From Paecilomyces variotii (Eukaryota), in NCBI GenBank assembly GCA_004022145.1, contig RCNU01000001.1: 64,000 nucleotides of DNA, one strand, 5' to 3'. Shown here in pieces: positions 38,854 through 52,330 of the stretch. The stretch's first letter is position 1, and the number at the start of each line of letters is the position of its first letter. A program made the translations under genes and the position numbers. The notes under the pieces are model-generated. The model did not search any database, was not told the DNA's origin, and saw nothing but the letters and a program-made list of their open reading frames with translations.

Positions 38854-40475
38854 ATGATGGGGATCCTGCGTTGCGGTGGGAAATTTCCTCGTGTGCTGAG
38901 GCTGGCTTGCTCCAGCCATGCCATGCCAATTGTTCCTACATCGGTGCTGGGGTCTTATCGGAGATTCCACAGTTCACCTATTTGGTCCGGAGTCAGATCG
39001 CAAGTCTTGAAAGATGTGGGTGAAGGTGAGCCTCAAATTAATACTGGTGTTTTGCAATTTGATAGTATATTGATATCATTATCCACAGGCATCATGGAAG
39101 TCCAGATCATCCAGTGGTATGTAGAGGAAGGCGCTCATGTCGAGGAGTGGAAGCCGCTTTGCCAGTATCAGTCTGATAAAGCGGTGGATGATGTATGCTT
39201 CCTATGTACTGGTCTGAAGAATTAGTATCCTATATACTAACCTACCATCATAGATCACATCGAGATACGAAGGCATCATCAAGAAGCTTCACTTCCAAGC
39301 AGACGACACAGTACCAACCGGAAGGGTGAGGCAGTCTGAATAAATCACCACCATACAATGCTGACGGTCTATAATAGGCATTGTGCGACATCGAGGTCGA
39401 TGACGCAAAATACCCTGATGATAGTCCCCATCCCCCTGCCCCTGCAGAGGAACCTGCCAAACCCATTACCTCCGAATCTCAGACAGAAACGACAAGCCTC
39501 AGTACGGCACCTGAAACGGCAATATCAGTCCAGGCGGAGAGTCCTCCTCTTCAAAGATCAAAATATGCCACACTCGCAACTCCCGCTGTTCGAGGGCTCC
39601 TAAAACAGTTCAACATAAACATCCTCGATATCACAGGAACAGGCAAAGACGGGAGAGTAATGAAAGAGGACGTCCTCAAATTCGTTGCTATCAGAGACTC
39701 CGCAGCAGACACTCCTGCTTCAACAACAGAAGATACCAGATCAGCACCAACACTAGATGCAAAGCAGACAGAGAACCCGGTTTCTCTGACCCCGATTCAA
39801 TCACAGATGTTCAAAACCATGACTCGATCCTTGTCCATCCCACACTTCCTCTTCGCAGACGAGCTCAGCGTGGGCCGACTGTCTGATCTTCGAAAGAAAC
39901 TCGCGAGTGACGCCAACAATCCGCAGAAACTCACTTTCCTTCCATTCGTCCTCAAAGCAGTATCCCTTGCCCTAGAGCAATACCCCCAGCTCAACGCCAG
40001 GGTCGACACCAGCGACCCAAACAAACCAAAACTCATCATGAGATCTATCCACAACATCGGAGTGGCAATGGACACGCCTCAAGGCCTAATCGTCCCTAAC
40101 GTGAAAAACGTCCAAGCGCGATCCATCCTAGACATCGCATCCGAAATATCCCGTCTCAGCACCCTTGGAAAAGCAGGAAAACTCACACCAGCAGATCTCA
40201 CCGGCGGCACGATCACCGTCTCCAATATCGGAAATATCGGAGGAACGTACGTTTCGCCCGTGATAGTTCCCACCGAAGTAGCTATTCTAGGAATCGGAAG
40301 GTCTAGACAACTTCCCATCTTCGATGAAGCCGGACAAGTCACCAAGGGCGAACTGGTCAATTTCAGCTGGAGCGCAGATCATAGAGTCATTGATGGTGCC
40401 ACCATGGCTAGAATGGCGAGTGTCGTTCGTCAATTTATCGAGACGCCGGAACTGATGCTTTTGAATCTGAGATGA
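38854..40475 (+). CDS. DBT: Branched-chain alpha-keto acid dehydrogenase E2 (dihydrolipoamide acyltransferase), 4 exons
   Basis: Lipoyl domain LKDVGEG|I..QSDKA; E3-binding ATPAVR..GTGKDGRV; catalytic SWSADHRVIDG. Confidence 0.93.
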
Positions 40476-41017
40476 AGAGAAATGGAATTGATTTGACTCA
40501 GGCTCATGCAGAGGTCAAAATGGGATTAATAAGAACGATAACTACACGTGAAGTCTTCTGGGAGTCCTTCAACTCATAGAGGCTCATGACTGAGGCTGTA
40601 ATCCCTTTATATTCACCTCAGTATACACAATACGCAATACGCCCCTTTGGGCGCGAGACGGCTATTTATGTATATAAATGTTGATGATGACAGACTTGAC
40701 TAGAAAAGAAAATCAGTCGAGATGATGTTGCAATGGACAGAATCCTTTATAGATTTCCTAGAATACGTTGCATTGACGATCATCCATTCCATGGATCCTA
40801 GCAAGAAGAACTCTCGATGTTCAAAGAGATGTGATTCATAATTTAATATATTTGTACGGCCTATCTAACAAGCTAGGACATCACGCATACACATCACATA
40901 GACCATGAGATGGAGAAACAACAAGAAAAAAAGCGCTGAGATTCTTTTCTTTCATATACTCGAATCATGATTTCCTCTATAAGTAGAAGAAGTAGTAGTG
41001 CACTTGAAATTTCGAAT

Positions 41018-44000
41018 TCAAGCACTTCCCAGGCTCATCTTCTCAAACTGCTCGATTGTTCGCTTGTAGTTCTCCGTCGCGGCCTCGGCGTCGGCAAGCT
41101 TCTGCTTTTCAGCACTGCGCACGACCTCGCTGACCTTCTCTTCGAAGCCTTCACGGGTCAGGACCTCGTTCTGCTTCTGGATCGTGGTCTGGCTCTTTTG
41201 GAGCTTCTTGCGAAGCTTGCTGATCTCAGCGTTGATGTCGGTCAGGCCGGCAGCCACGTCGACCATGACGACGATGTCGGCAGAGATGACAAAGATAGCG
41301 CAGCCAAGGGGAGTGGCATCCTCGGGGGCATCAGGACCGAGGACCTTGAGCTCGGTGATCGCCTTGCCGGAAAGAGCCTTGATAGCAGAAGCCTGAGGCT
41401 CAATGCTGGCGTGGCTGGCAGGGGTCGAGGCCCTGATAAACGCACGTCCATCGTTGCGGACGTTGAACTCAGCGATCAACGAGCGAATACCCATGACACA
41501 CTTCAGTCCCAGCTCGTAGTTGGCAGCATCCTGCTCAAACTCGAGGCTGGCGTCGAACTCTGGGTAGGGCGCAAGCATGATCGTCTCAGTCGAGTCTCCC
41601 TGCATACGGGGAAGACGCTGCCACAACTCCTCGGTGATAAAAGGCATGATGGGGTGAACCAAGCGGAGGGCAACATCCAACGCGCGGTACAGAGTCTGCT
41701 GGGCACTGGCCTGTTCTTCAGGGGTACCGTCGGACAGGATAGCCTTGCTGTTCTCGATGAAGACGTCGCAGAGCTCATCGTAGAAGTACTGGTAGATGAT
41801 CCTGGTGCTTCTGGAGAACTCACGGGCAGCCAAGGCTTCGTTCACACCCTTGACAGCAACGTTCATGCGGTGGAGGATCCACTTCTCGGGGAGAGAAAGC
41901 TTCGAGGTGTCCAGCTTAGCAGTTGGGACAAAGCCCTGGGGAAGGCGACCCATGACATACTTGCTAGCCTGCCAGATCTTGTTACAGAAGCGGCGGTAAG
42001 CATGCATGACCTTGATGTCAAAGTTAATGTCTCCTCCACCAGTGGTGTAGGAGAGGAGAGTAAACCGGAGGGCGTCAGCTCCGCACTCTGGAATGCCTTG
42101 AGGGAAGGCAGTCTTCTGGTACTTGGTTGCCCTCTCGATCTCGCTATCTTGAAGGTTTCCAACAAGGAGCTTGTCGTGAAGCGCCTGAAGGTCGATACCG
42201 TGGATGATATCCAGAGGGTCGATGACGTTACCTAAATCTCTGTCAGTCACAGGCACTCCAGTCATAAGTTCTGTTCCGGATATGCATATACGTACCGAGA
42301 GACTTGCTCATCTTTCTACCTTCGGAGTCACGAATCAAGCTGTGGCAGTAGACCTCGCTGAAGGGCACTTCACCGGTAAGCTTCAGCGACAGCATAATCA
42401 TACGAGAAACCCAGAAGAACAGGATATCCCTAGCACTACAGTCAGCGTCGTCATCATTACTTTCTCGGAAAAAGGCACAAACCATCCAGTCTCCAGCAGA
42501 CTCGTGGGGAAGAAGTTCTTGAAGTCGGGCTTCTCGGTGTTCGGCCAGCCGAGAGTAGCCATGGGCCAGAGTCCACTGCTGAACCAGGTATCCAAGCAGT
42601 CGGGATCTTGCTCCAGACGGAACTCCTTGTCTCCGTACTTCGCCTTGGCCTTCGCGTGAGCCTCCTCGGCCGTCCTTCCTACAACCCAGCGAGTCTCAGC
42701 GTTTTCAGAAGACGACTCTCCATCGAAGATGACGCGGTAAGCAGGGATACGGTGACCCCACCTGTAGTGAACAGTTAGCGAAAGCAATAGCGAAGCTTTT
42801 TTTTCAGGACTCCACATACCAAAGTTGTCTGGACAGACACCAGTCATTGATGGAGGACAACCAGCGCTTGTATGACTTGTTGGCAGTCTCAGGGGCAATA
42901 GTGATCTTTCCCTCGTCAACAGCCTTGACGGCTGCCTCTGCCATTTCGTTCATACGCATCCACCACTGAGGCTTGATCAAGGGCTCGATGACATCCTTGG
43001 ACTTTTCGCACAGCGGGATCTTCATGGCATGGGACTCCTTCTTCACAAAGAGACCCAGCTTCGTCAACTCTTCCACGACGGTGTAACGAGCATCAAAACG
43101 CTTCTGTCCCTTGAACTGAGCCGCATTTTCGTTCAGGGTGCCGTCCTCATTCAGGATGTTGATGAACTCGAGGTTGTGGCGCTGACCGAGCTGGTAGTCG
43201 TTGAAGTCGTGAGCAGGCGTCAACTTCACAGCACCAGTACCGAATTCAGGGTCGACATAGGTATCCGCAACGATCCTCAGAAGACGGTTCGTGAACGGAT
43301 GACGCGCATACTTGCCGACGAGGTGGGTATATCTCTTGTCATCCGGGTGCACAGCAATACCGGAGTCACCCAGCATGGTCTCGGGACGGGTCGTGGCGAC
43401 CTCAACGGTCTCGTTGGATCCGTCGATCTGATACTTGAAGTGGGTCAACACACCAAACTCGACCTTCTTCTCGTAACCGGGGACGGAGAGCAAGGTCCGG
43501 CCAGGGATGTCCTTGTTCTCGACCTCAAGAGTACTCAACGCAGTGTTGAGCTGAGTACACCAGTTCACCAAGCGGTCGGAACGGTAGATGTAGCCCTCTT
43601 CGAAGAGGCGGCAGAAAGCCTCCATGGTGGCAGCAGTAAGTTGCTCATCCATAGTGAAGGCCTCACGCGACCAGTCCATGGAACCTCCCATACGTCTCTG
43701 CGCATTGTTGATGCGCTGGTGGTATTCATCCTTCCAGTCCCAGACAAGACGAGTGAACTTCTCACGGCCAAGGTCGTGGCGGGTCTTCTTCTCCTTCCTC
43801 CAGAGCATCTTCTCGACGACGGACTGAGTCGAGATACCGGCGTGGTCACAGCCGGGAACCCATAACGTCGTGTAACCCTTCATGCGGTGCCATCTGATAA
43901 GCGTATCCTGCAACGAGTTGGCCAGAGCATGACCGCAGTGCAGAGCACCGGTGACATTTGGCGGAGGAAGGGGAATAACGAATTTTCCATCGACATCATT

Positions 44001-44548
44001 CCTGCCGGACTCAGGACGGAAGTATCCGCTCTTCTCCCACCATGTGTACCAGGACGACTCGACCGCTCCGGGGTTGTAGGCAGAGAAATGCGGGCTGTCG
44101 AACGACTGGATCTGCTTCTTCTCCCCAGGCGGGGTAGGGTCCTGGAAGGGAGGGAGTGTCTCGACGACTTTCTCTTTCTTGGGTTGCGCCTGTGCCTGCG
44201 TCTTATTCGAGTTCTGCTGCTGCTGCTTTTCCTTCAGCTTCGCCTGCTTCGCAGCGAACTTGGCAGCCTTTTCCGCCTTGGCCTTTTCCTTCGCCTCTAT
44301 ACAAGAAAAGAAAAAAAAGGACGTTAGCGCGGACCCCGGACCATCAAGAAAACCATAGAGGGGTAAAAGGAGGGGGGGGGAAGACAATAGGTTCAAGTGA
44401 AGAAGGGAAGAAACTTACGGTCCCTGTCGGGCTTTGCCTCCGTCATTTTCGGTCGTTGCGTGATATAGTGACCTCGAGAACGAAAAACGGCGGCGGCTGA
44501 AAGGGCGTGAGAGAAATGACTGCCTCGTATACTCAGCCGATGGAGCAT
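41018..44548 (-). CDS. VAS1: Valyl-tRNA synthetase, 5 exons; upstream start 44548 (putative mitochondrial), second start 44446 (putative cytosolic)
   Basis: [56 protein letters not shown]. Confidence 0.96.
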
Positions 44549-44563
44549 CGCAGTCTTCGAGAG

Positions 44564-44570
44564 TGACTCA
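44564..44570. promoter_or_regulatory. TGACTCA CpcA/Gcn4 consensus site upstream of ValRS
   Basis: Perfect 7-mer; aminoacyl-tRNA synthetase genes are established cross-pathway targets. Confidence 0.5.
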
Positions 44571-45108
44571 GTGGGACAGAATTTCTCGGTATTGCTCGAT
44601 TCTCACAGGTTGCGGTGGGGCTGTCATGTGACCGTACAGCAAGTACGGGTACGTATTATTACTGGCCGATATCGCTCGACTGGATTATTGTTCTTGTACC
44701 TCTCCTGCATGCTATTATTATTGTGTTTCATTGGAGCTTAGGTATACAAGATCTAAGAGAAACGAAAAAGAAAAAGACGCTAGGGGTAGAGTTCTGATTT
44801 TGCACACCCTGAAATTGCATAAGATACGTGACATCATCAAGAGAGACGCAACACTGGTATTAATAAAAAGTACAAGTCCAAGAAGAACACAACACCTCCC
44901 CATGTTTTCTCACCTGCCATTGGAATGACAATGAAACGCCTAGGAATTAGAAGACCCGAAAAATAAAAAAGCAGATGATGATAGACCGAAAGATCCGTCT
45001 GATGAGATACTTCCCAACCTCCAAGACACCGAACCGAAACTGACGCCGTACAGCTTTATGCTCATATGATGGAAGCAGACTACCAAATAATAATCGTCTG
45101 AGAGACTA

Positions 45109-45872
45109 TTACTGGTACTCTGCCATTGTTGCATGCACTGCAGTGATAACGCGATTCGCAACCTCCTCCGGAGGTGCAGCGACATCGACAGCAACTGCAT
45201 CCCACTCATTGACCGGCTCTTCCAGGAGCTCTATCTGGGAGTGCACCATGCCGCTTTTCATGTAGTGGTCTTTTCGTTTGGTCACCCGGTCCATCAGAAC
45301 ATTCTCGTCAGCTCTGAGATAGATGAAGTGAATGCGAACAGACGGATGACCATAGGCAGCCACGCGCATCACATCTCGGTACTTTCTCTTCAACGCAGAA
45401 CAGGTGACAATGACGCCGGATGGAGGTGTTGGACATTCATCTGTGGCGGAGAGTGGCAGAATTGCGGCCTCCCGCAGAGAGATGAGCCAGTCCCAGCGGT
45501 CTGCATCCGTGAGGGGGATGCCGTTGGCCATCTTCTCCCTGTTGGCCGGAGGATGGTACTATTCCCAGTCACACAATGTCAGCTATCCAGTTCACGAGAA
45601 TTTGACAAGTTCATGGGAGGAGGGAATGGTATACTTACGTCATCTCCCTCGAGAAAAGGGAGGCCCAGTTTCTCTTGTAGACCTTTTGCGACAGTAGTCT
45701 TGCCGCAGCCTGCAGGACCTGTTACCACCCAGATGTGCTGTAGCTTCTCCGGTGGCATGTCTGTCTGCTGCACTGTCACGTTGTAGGACTTGACGGGCCT
45801 GGCAAGTTGAGTCCGCGGCCGGCCTACGGTGGGATTGAGAGAGGGCTGCGTCCGGCCATCGGCGGTCAACAT
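45109..45872 (-). CDS. Gluconokinase, 2 exons
   Basis: P-loop VTGPAGCGKTT; EGDD|YHP; GIPLTDADRWDWL; CSALKRKYRD; HYMKSGMVHSQ. Confidence 0.93.
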
Positions 45873-48800
45873 GATGATGAACGGATGAAGATTTCGGGAC
45901 GAAAGTCTAATTGATGTTGTTTTTTCGGAGGAGTACTCCGGAAATCACAGTGAAATCACAGTCGCGGTGGGACGCTGAGGTTGTATGCGATGGTGCACCG
46001 TGGATATACACAATTACGGAGAGTCGGGATCGAAGTATAGAGCTAGCTCGATGGTGGTTTGTCACAACAGGAGATCGATCGGATCGGACTGGCGCAATGA
46101 AAATAAATAGTCGTCAAGGGGGGAAGAAAAAAACAGAGCGAACGGCCTGGTTGCCGATGGCAGGATCTACTTCAGATTAAATACTCTTATGACGGTGACT
46201 ATTGGGTGGGCCGGCAGGAGGACGGGCAAACCGAGCTGAATTGATGGAATCTCAAAAGCCGGGCCCGAGTGGGGGAGAAGTGCAAGGGACGAGTCCGCCC
46301 GTCTGGTTCTGGCGTGAGAAAGCGGCCGGGCTAAAATTGCTCCAGTGGGCTGGGCGGATCGATAGACAGTAGTGAGTATCACAAACCGTTGGCAGCTGTG
46401 GCTTTTTAGGGGTCAACAGGAAGAAGGGATGAGATGATATGTTTCTGCGTAGTATTATGATTGTCCGTCAGAGAGGATAGCGCTCGTTATTTAAGTTGAC
46501 GACTGCCAAACCTCTTGGGCCAGGATCTGGTCAACTAAAAGCTGGTTTCATCGGAAGGAGGATCGCAGACGACCGTCGCAGCAGCAAAGAGTTGGGCCTC
46601 GTTACCGCCGCCGTATGGTACGAGTACATACAAGTCGTTTCATCTGTTGCACGCGGCATGAGGTCATCGATCGTGGTGCAGACCGCCTAGACCAGCGAAT
46701 CGGGGACCTCTGGGACTCGCGGACGTGGATGTGACGGTACTGATGATACAATAATAATACAGTACATCAACATATCACATAAAATGTCGCTTTCCCCCAC
46801 GCTAAGCCACAGGGCGACGTTCGGGATTGCTGCCCCGGCCGACGGTCAGTTTAGGTAGGTAGTTTGGAGGCCAACCATTTCCGTCACATCCACTGCCAGA
46901 TCAAGGGGGAGAGGTTTCACGAGGGCTTGTCAGACTCACAATAGGGAGTGGGAAGCTGCGAGTATGGCTAGAGTTTGTGATCATTTATTAACAGGCAAAC
47001 ATGCATGGTTGGTTGATTGACTTCCTCCAGAAGGACAGAGAAGAAAGAATACTTAACTAGTTAAGTTAGGCTGCGGATAATTATTAATCACAAACATTCT
47101 GCAAGGTTTCCACAGTTGGGGCAAGCATCAGCGCTGCCGCAGGGATATCATGGAGGAAGCCCATGGAGTCTGGACTAGTAAGTGCAAACCATTTGATCCG
47201 GTGCGACATATCATGATTGCTGAGGAAGCCCGAAATGCGAGAAAGGAGAGAGAGAGTTGCGCATCAGGAAAAGGCAAGGGACCGCCTGACCTCTGCGTTC
47301 CAAAGCGGCATGGCGCAGTCCGGGGAAGAGCGACCGCGTGGAGTCCGGAGCATTTTCGGTTTTCTCTTAGATTCTAATTTCTGACTAACTACGGGGTAGC
47401 AAGTCATTGCTATCTTTTGCGTGACAACCACCATGATGATTCTGATGCCGCACATTGTAAACGCATCCCACCCCTCTCATTATCATACTGTTTGCATCCC
47501 AAAGACAAGCATCAAAGAGAGCACAGAGAGGATGGAATCGAGTCCGGGAACAACACCGATCGCCCCACGCTCGGCAGCCGGCAATTGATCACCTGTAATA
47601 CTCCGTACTGGGAGCCCGAGCACGTCCTGCGCTCTGTGAAGCGATGTCACTATCGACGTATCTGAAACCCTGTCAGTAATCGAAATGGCGCTCGAACCTG
47701 CGGGAACCCCTCACGGATCTTGAGTGCAGGTAGGAGTCTAGTGGATGATGTTCTGCAAGAGAAATCCTGCATCGCTCGTGGCCGGTACCGTTCGGGACGC
47801 CAGTCAGTACATTACGCCGTACAGCTTATGCCTCATACATATGCTGAAGAACAATTCTGCGACGACCTATCCAGATCTTCTGCTAGGGCAAAGTCAGCGT
47901 ATCAGCCTGGATGTCGAGTTGACATTGGTACGATGCAGCAGCTGAGGCTAGCGGTCATCGCGGGCGCGGGCAGTGTCACCGGTCAGTCCTGGCGACAAAG
48001 CAGATGATATAGTTAGCAGCTGAGGGGGCTGGTCACAACTGACAACCTTCTCATGCATCGCTAAAGATAATGGCCAGACGGTCCGAAGCGAACCTAGTAA
48101 TTACCCAAAAAAACTTACTCTGCAGTGGCGCGGGGAATCGCCCCCCGTTTCATATGGCCGACTGGACTTTACAACCCACGTGGCAAGGATCACCTGCGCT
48201 GGACTTCTTTATTAGTTTAAGCTATTGCTTATGCTCCCTCAGATTCTCAATCGGCCTGCAAGCTCCTGTGTAGGGAAAACTGGCGTTTATGGACAAAGGT
48301 AAGGTCGGAATCCAGCTTGACTATATCATCGCATATGCCGCGTCCTCAGCACCTCATCTACAAATGCAGTGTGAAAATGTGTTATACACTCCATTGGTTG
48401 ATATACGTGCAGATGGTAGCCAGCTGTTAGAGACAAGCTACTGAGATGCAGAATGCGCGCCGTATGTACTCTCGACGTGTGACGTGACGCATCGCATCGG
48501 AATCGGTTAATGACGATACCCGACTTGGACAAAAAGAAAAGGCTATGGTCAAGTTCTAACAGTTGCCTTATTATGGCTGAATATGAGCTGCTTCTTTGGT
48601 GCAGCGAAGTGTTTTCTGGTCAGATGCAGCGAGTGATGCTAAAGTACATACATACAGTACATTCAGCACAGTGATAACCACTAGCCTTGCGCCTGGTATT
48701 AATGTTCAACCGATAGCTCATTGTCACTCTCTTATGCAACCGATCCGTTATGTCAATATATGAAGTTCCATTGGTGACTCACATGATCACTGTATCCAGA

Positions 48801-50506
48801 TGATACAGGAAACTAGGCCGTGGCATCGATACGAATCATTTCAGAAGTGCTTCCCCAAGCCGAGTCAGTTGGGAAGATTTGTGGCTTAGTCCAGTACTCT
48901 ACAGTAGGTGCGTCACTGATCTTCGCCCCGCATACCAAATAGGATAATTAGTGCAGTACTCTATGGTCTGATGGAGATTGTTTCCTGCCTGCAACATTGA
49001 TCCCGGATTGCTACAATCATCGATGACCGTGTTGCGGTTTCCCTGCTCGGTCCTGCAGCTTGCCGCTGTAGGTAGTTATACCCGTGTCGGGAGACTATCA
49101 TGATCACCAGACCTGGAAAATGCGAAAAGAGGAATTACAGATCCACAGAATATTGTTTACCTTCAGAAAATAATGATAGCTCTCTGCATGGCCGTTCTTA
49201 CTTAGGGAGGGGGGCTTCGGATTGACATCCGGCCTCGTATCTCCTTTATCGACGTCTGAAAGACATGGGTTGAGCCAATAATATATCAAGTCAGGGATTT
49301 GGAACAGGTAATTAGTTACATTCTTACCCCATACACCTAAAGTCAGCTCAGCCGCAGGTGCAACAACTATGTTACTAGTAACTATACCGACACAGCGCTC
49401 TCCATATCACCTGGGGCTAATACCCCATGGGGCAACATTTTGTATGGACAAACACCGAAACGGGCTCTAGAACAAATTCTAGAGCATTTTGATTCTTCGA
49501 ATAATAACACTCTTATGCTGTTCTGTCCCGGGTCGGCGGAACCTCGTTAGCTAGGAGCAAGGATGATGTCCCCATGAATCAAGCCGTATCTCGGGCATTT
49601 CTTCGTTCTAGCAGACAAATCACCTATCATACCATGGCAATGGAGAAGAAAGATATATACTACGCATGCTCCATTACACAACTAGCTTGATAACCATTCT
49701 GGACCATACACTGATAACTTTTGCCCTAGTGTCCGCAGGTTCTTCCATATTCGATGTGGCGCGTTGTTGCGCAACAGCGGTGACGGATTACAATGTCTGA
49801 TAACAGTACGGGGTACATATTCCTGTATGTTGAGTCTCTCATATTGCCGGCAATCTAGCTACTGTGATGCAGAAAACCATTAATCTTGCCACAATACGCG
49901 GAGAAGGTAGTACTGTACATACATCGTTGCAGTGCGGAACGCGAGTCTCAGCTTGACCCGAAAATCTTACTTTATCATCATCACTGCTGCCTTCACCATG
50001 GGTTTTACCATCATTGAAACGAAATCACGAATAATCTGTCCTTCAGAGCTCATCCATAATGGCTTGTCTGAAGTTCAAGTATCGATTTACGCCTGTTCTC
50101 TCCGTGAACATACGGTAACAGTCCAGCGACATTGGATAAGTCGAGATTCCTCTCCGAGACGGGCTTGCAAATAGTGGTCTCCTCGCAGACTTATATTGAT
50201 TGCTTTTGAATAGATATACAAAAATAATGGTAAGAATCGTCTTCAGTACACTCACTGTAAATTAAGTTACTGTCTTATGTTCTTCTCGAACAAGAGCGTT
50301 TGGTGGTACGATATCGATTACATAATCCGCACTGGACCCCCGACGCCAGCTTGCGCGGAGCTACTTTCCAGGCAGTCGTGAATCTTGCGATGAAGCTCCC
50401 CCGCGACATGACCCAAGCTCTCTGATTTCCATTGTCTAACGAAATTCACGAATTGAACTGGGTTGATTTCATCGAGCTTCTTTCCGAGTGTGGTTGATTT
50501 ACAAGC

Positions 50507-52330
50507 ATGGCGTCCTTATTCTTCTCTACACCGGTCGACATCGACGTCGTGCTCGAGGATAGCGATGAGCGGCAGACGGTCGATGTCAAGCTCGACAAGG
50601 GACGCCGGGAGAAGGCCCCTCTGTACATGGATGGCGAGTCGGTCAGAGGTGCTGTGACCGTACGACCAAAGGATGGGAAGCGTCTAGAGCATACGGGAAT
50701 CAAGGTGCAGTTCATTGGGTCGATCGGTACGCAGTATACGGTGCATGCGCTTTCTTTCTGCACGCGCGCGATCCCTCCTTGAGGCTTTTGCAGTAACTAC
50801 TGAAAGGCATTGGACTGACATAATGTACTTTTGCATAGAAATGTTCTTTGATCGCGGTAATCACTACGAATTCTTGTCTCTGGTTCAAGAACTCGCTGCT
50901 CCGGGCGAGCTCCAGCACCCGCAGACGTTCCCCTTCAACTTCAAGAATGTCGAGAAGCAATACGAGTCTTATAATGGCATCAATGTCAAGCTACGCTACT
51001 TTGTCCGGGTGACGGTTTCGCGGCGCATGGCGGACGTCATCCGTGAGAAGGACATCTGGGTCTACTCCTACCGCATGCCACCGGAGAACAACACCCCTAT
51101 CAAGATGGACGTCGGTATCGAAGACTGCCTGCATATCGAGTTCGAGTACTCCAAGTCCAAATATCATCTCAAAGACGTGATTGTCGGGAGGATATATTTC
51201 TTGCTGGTGCGGTTGAAGATCAAACATATGGAATTGTCTATCATTCGAAGAGAGACGACGGGCACGCCGCCCAATCAATATAACGAGAGCGAGACTCTGG
51301 TGCGGTTTGAGGTTGGTTTTTCGTCCTGATTCTTGTCTTGTTTCCGTTGTTGGTCATTTATAGATCAGTTGCTGACGTTGACTTTTGGCAGATCATGGAT
51401 GGTTCTCCATCACGAGGTAAGAACACTGCCCCAGAAGTCTTGCATATAGGTTAGCAGGATCTACCGGATCTTATTCCTCCATAATGCTGTCCCTGGCGAG
51501 GGAATTCGTTGTCAGTTGTATGAAGGCCGGTTGCTGAATGAAGATCAGGTGAAACAATTCCAATCCGGCTGTTCCTTGGTGGATTCGACCTCACCCCGAC
51601 ATTCCGTGACGTGAACAAGAAGTACTCTACTCGGTATTATCTGAGCTTGGTTTTGATAGATGAAGGTTAGTGATATGGTTCTGCCTTTCTTTTCACCCTC
51701 CCGTCTGCTTGAACTTGGTGCAATGTGCACGGGTGCGGGGTCATTGTTTTAGGTGCCTGTCCTATGACGATTGATATCATCCGTTCACTGCCGGCATGAG
51801 CACTATTTCTGTCCCTCTCTTTGCGCATGTGCGCGGCTTGATGCGTGGCCGCCTCACCCGCGGTCGATACCCGACGGCAATTGATCTGGCCGCGCTACGG
51901 CAACGGAACCTTCGAGCTGGGCGTGGCTCACGGGAGAACTCCCCACGCTCCGAGCCCACATCTCCCCCACGTCTCCCCCACGTACCAGTTCATCTCCACT
52001 TTCGTTCAAAACTATAAACTTTCCTGTTTTGGCCTTCAATACCCACGCTCTCACGTGCTCAACGCTCCTAGAACTGCAAAGGAAACTATCGCCAGCAATA
52101 TACTAATACCAGCTAACTCTTCTGCAGATGCTCGTCGCTACTTCAAACAGAGCGAGATCACCTTATACCGTCAAGCCCCTGAGATCGCGACCACCCCACA
52201 GGTGGCTCAACAACAGCAGATCCAGCAGGCTCATATGCAACAGCAGGCGCAACAGCCGCCACTACCTGGGGCAGCCACAGCAGGTCCTGGAAGAGATTCA
52301 AACAACCAGCCTCGCGCAGTAGCCGCATAG
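50507..52330 (+). CDS. VPS26: Retromer subunit Vps26 (exons 50507-50726, 50839-51311, 51392-51416, 51549-51665, 52128-52330)
   Basis: KRLEHTGIKVQFIG; IKMDVGIEDCLHIEFEY; IMDGSPSRGETIPIRLFL; LVLIDE|DARRYFKQSEI. Confidence 0.96.
51796..52017 (+). CDS. Putative nested 73-aa microprotein ending in SKL, inside the Vps26 intron
   Basis: ATG-to-TAA ORF, GC-rich, inside a 462-nt intron; C-terminal HFRSKL; no homology checked. Confidence 0.3.
   Translation: MSTISVPLFAHVRGLMRGRLTRGRYPTAIDLAALRQRNLRAGRGSRENSPRSEPTSPPRLPHVPVHLHFRSKL

Noticed and set aside
40967-42235. 422-aa plus-strand ORF (and similar ones at 43029-43865, 22086-22862, 5682-6422)
   Set aside because: Antisense shadows of codon-biased genes with no recognisable motifs
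38854-44548. BCKDH E2 next to ValRS as a valine cluster
   Set aside because: Convergent with no shared promoter and no other pathway genes; probably coincidence
47687-47710. Minus-strand GCAGGTTCGAG resembling a tRNA T-loop
   Set aside because: T-stem does not pair and no cloverleaf can be built
51764-51812. Box C/D snoRNA candidate (ATGACGA...) in the Vps26 intron
   Set aside because: No properly placed CTGA D box or recognisable rRNA guide
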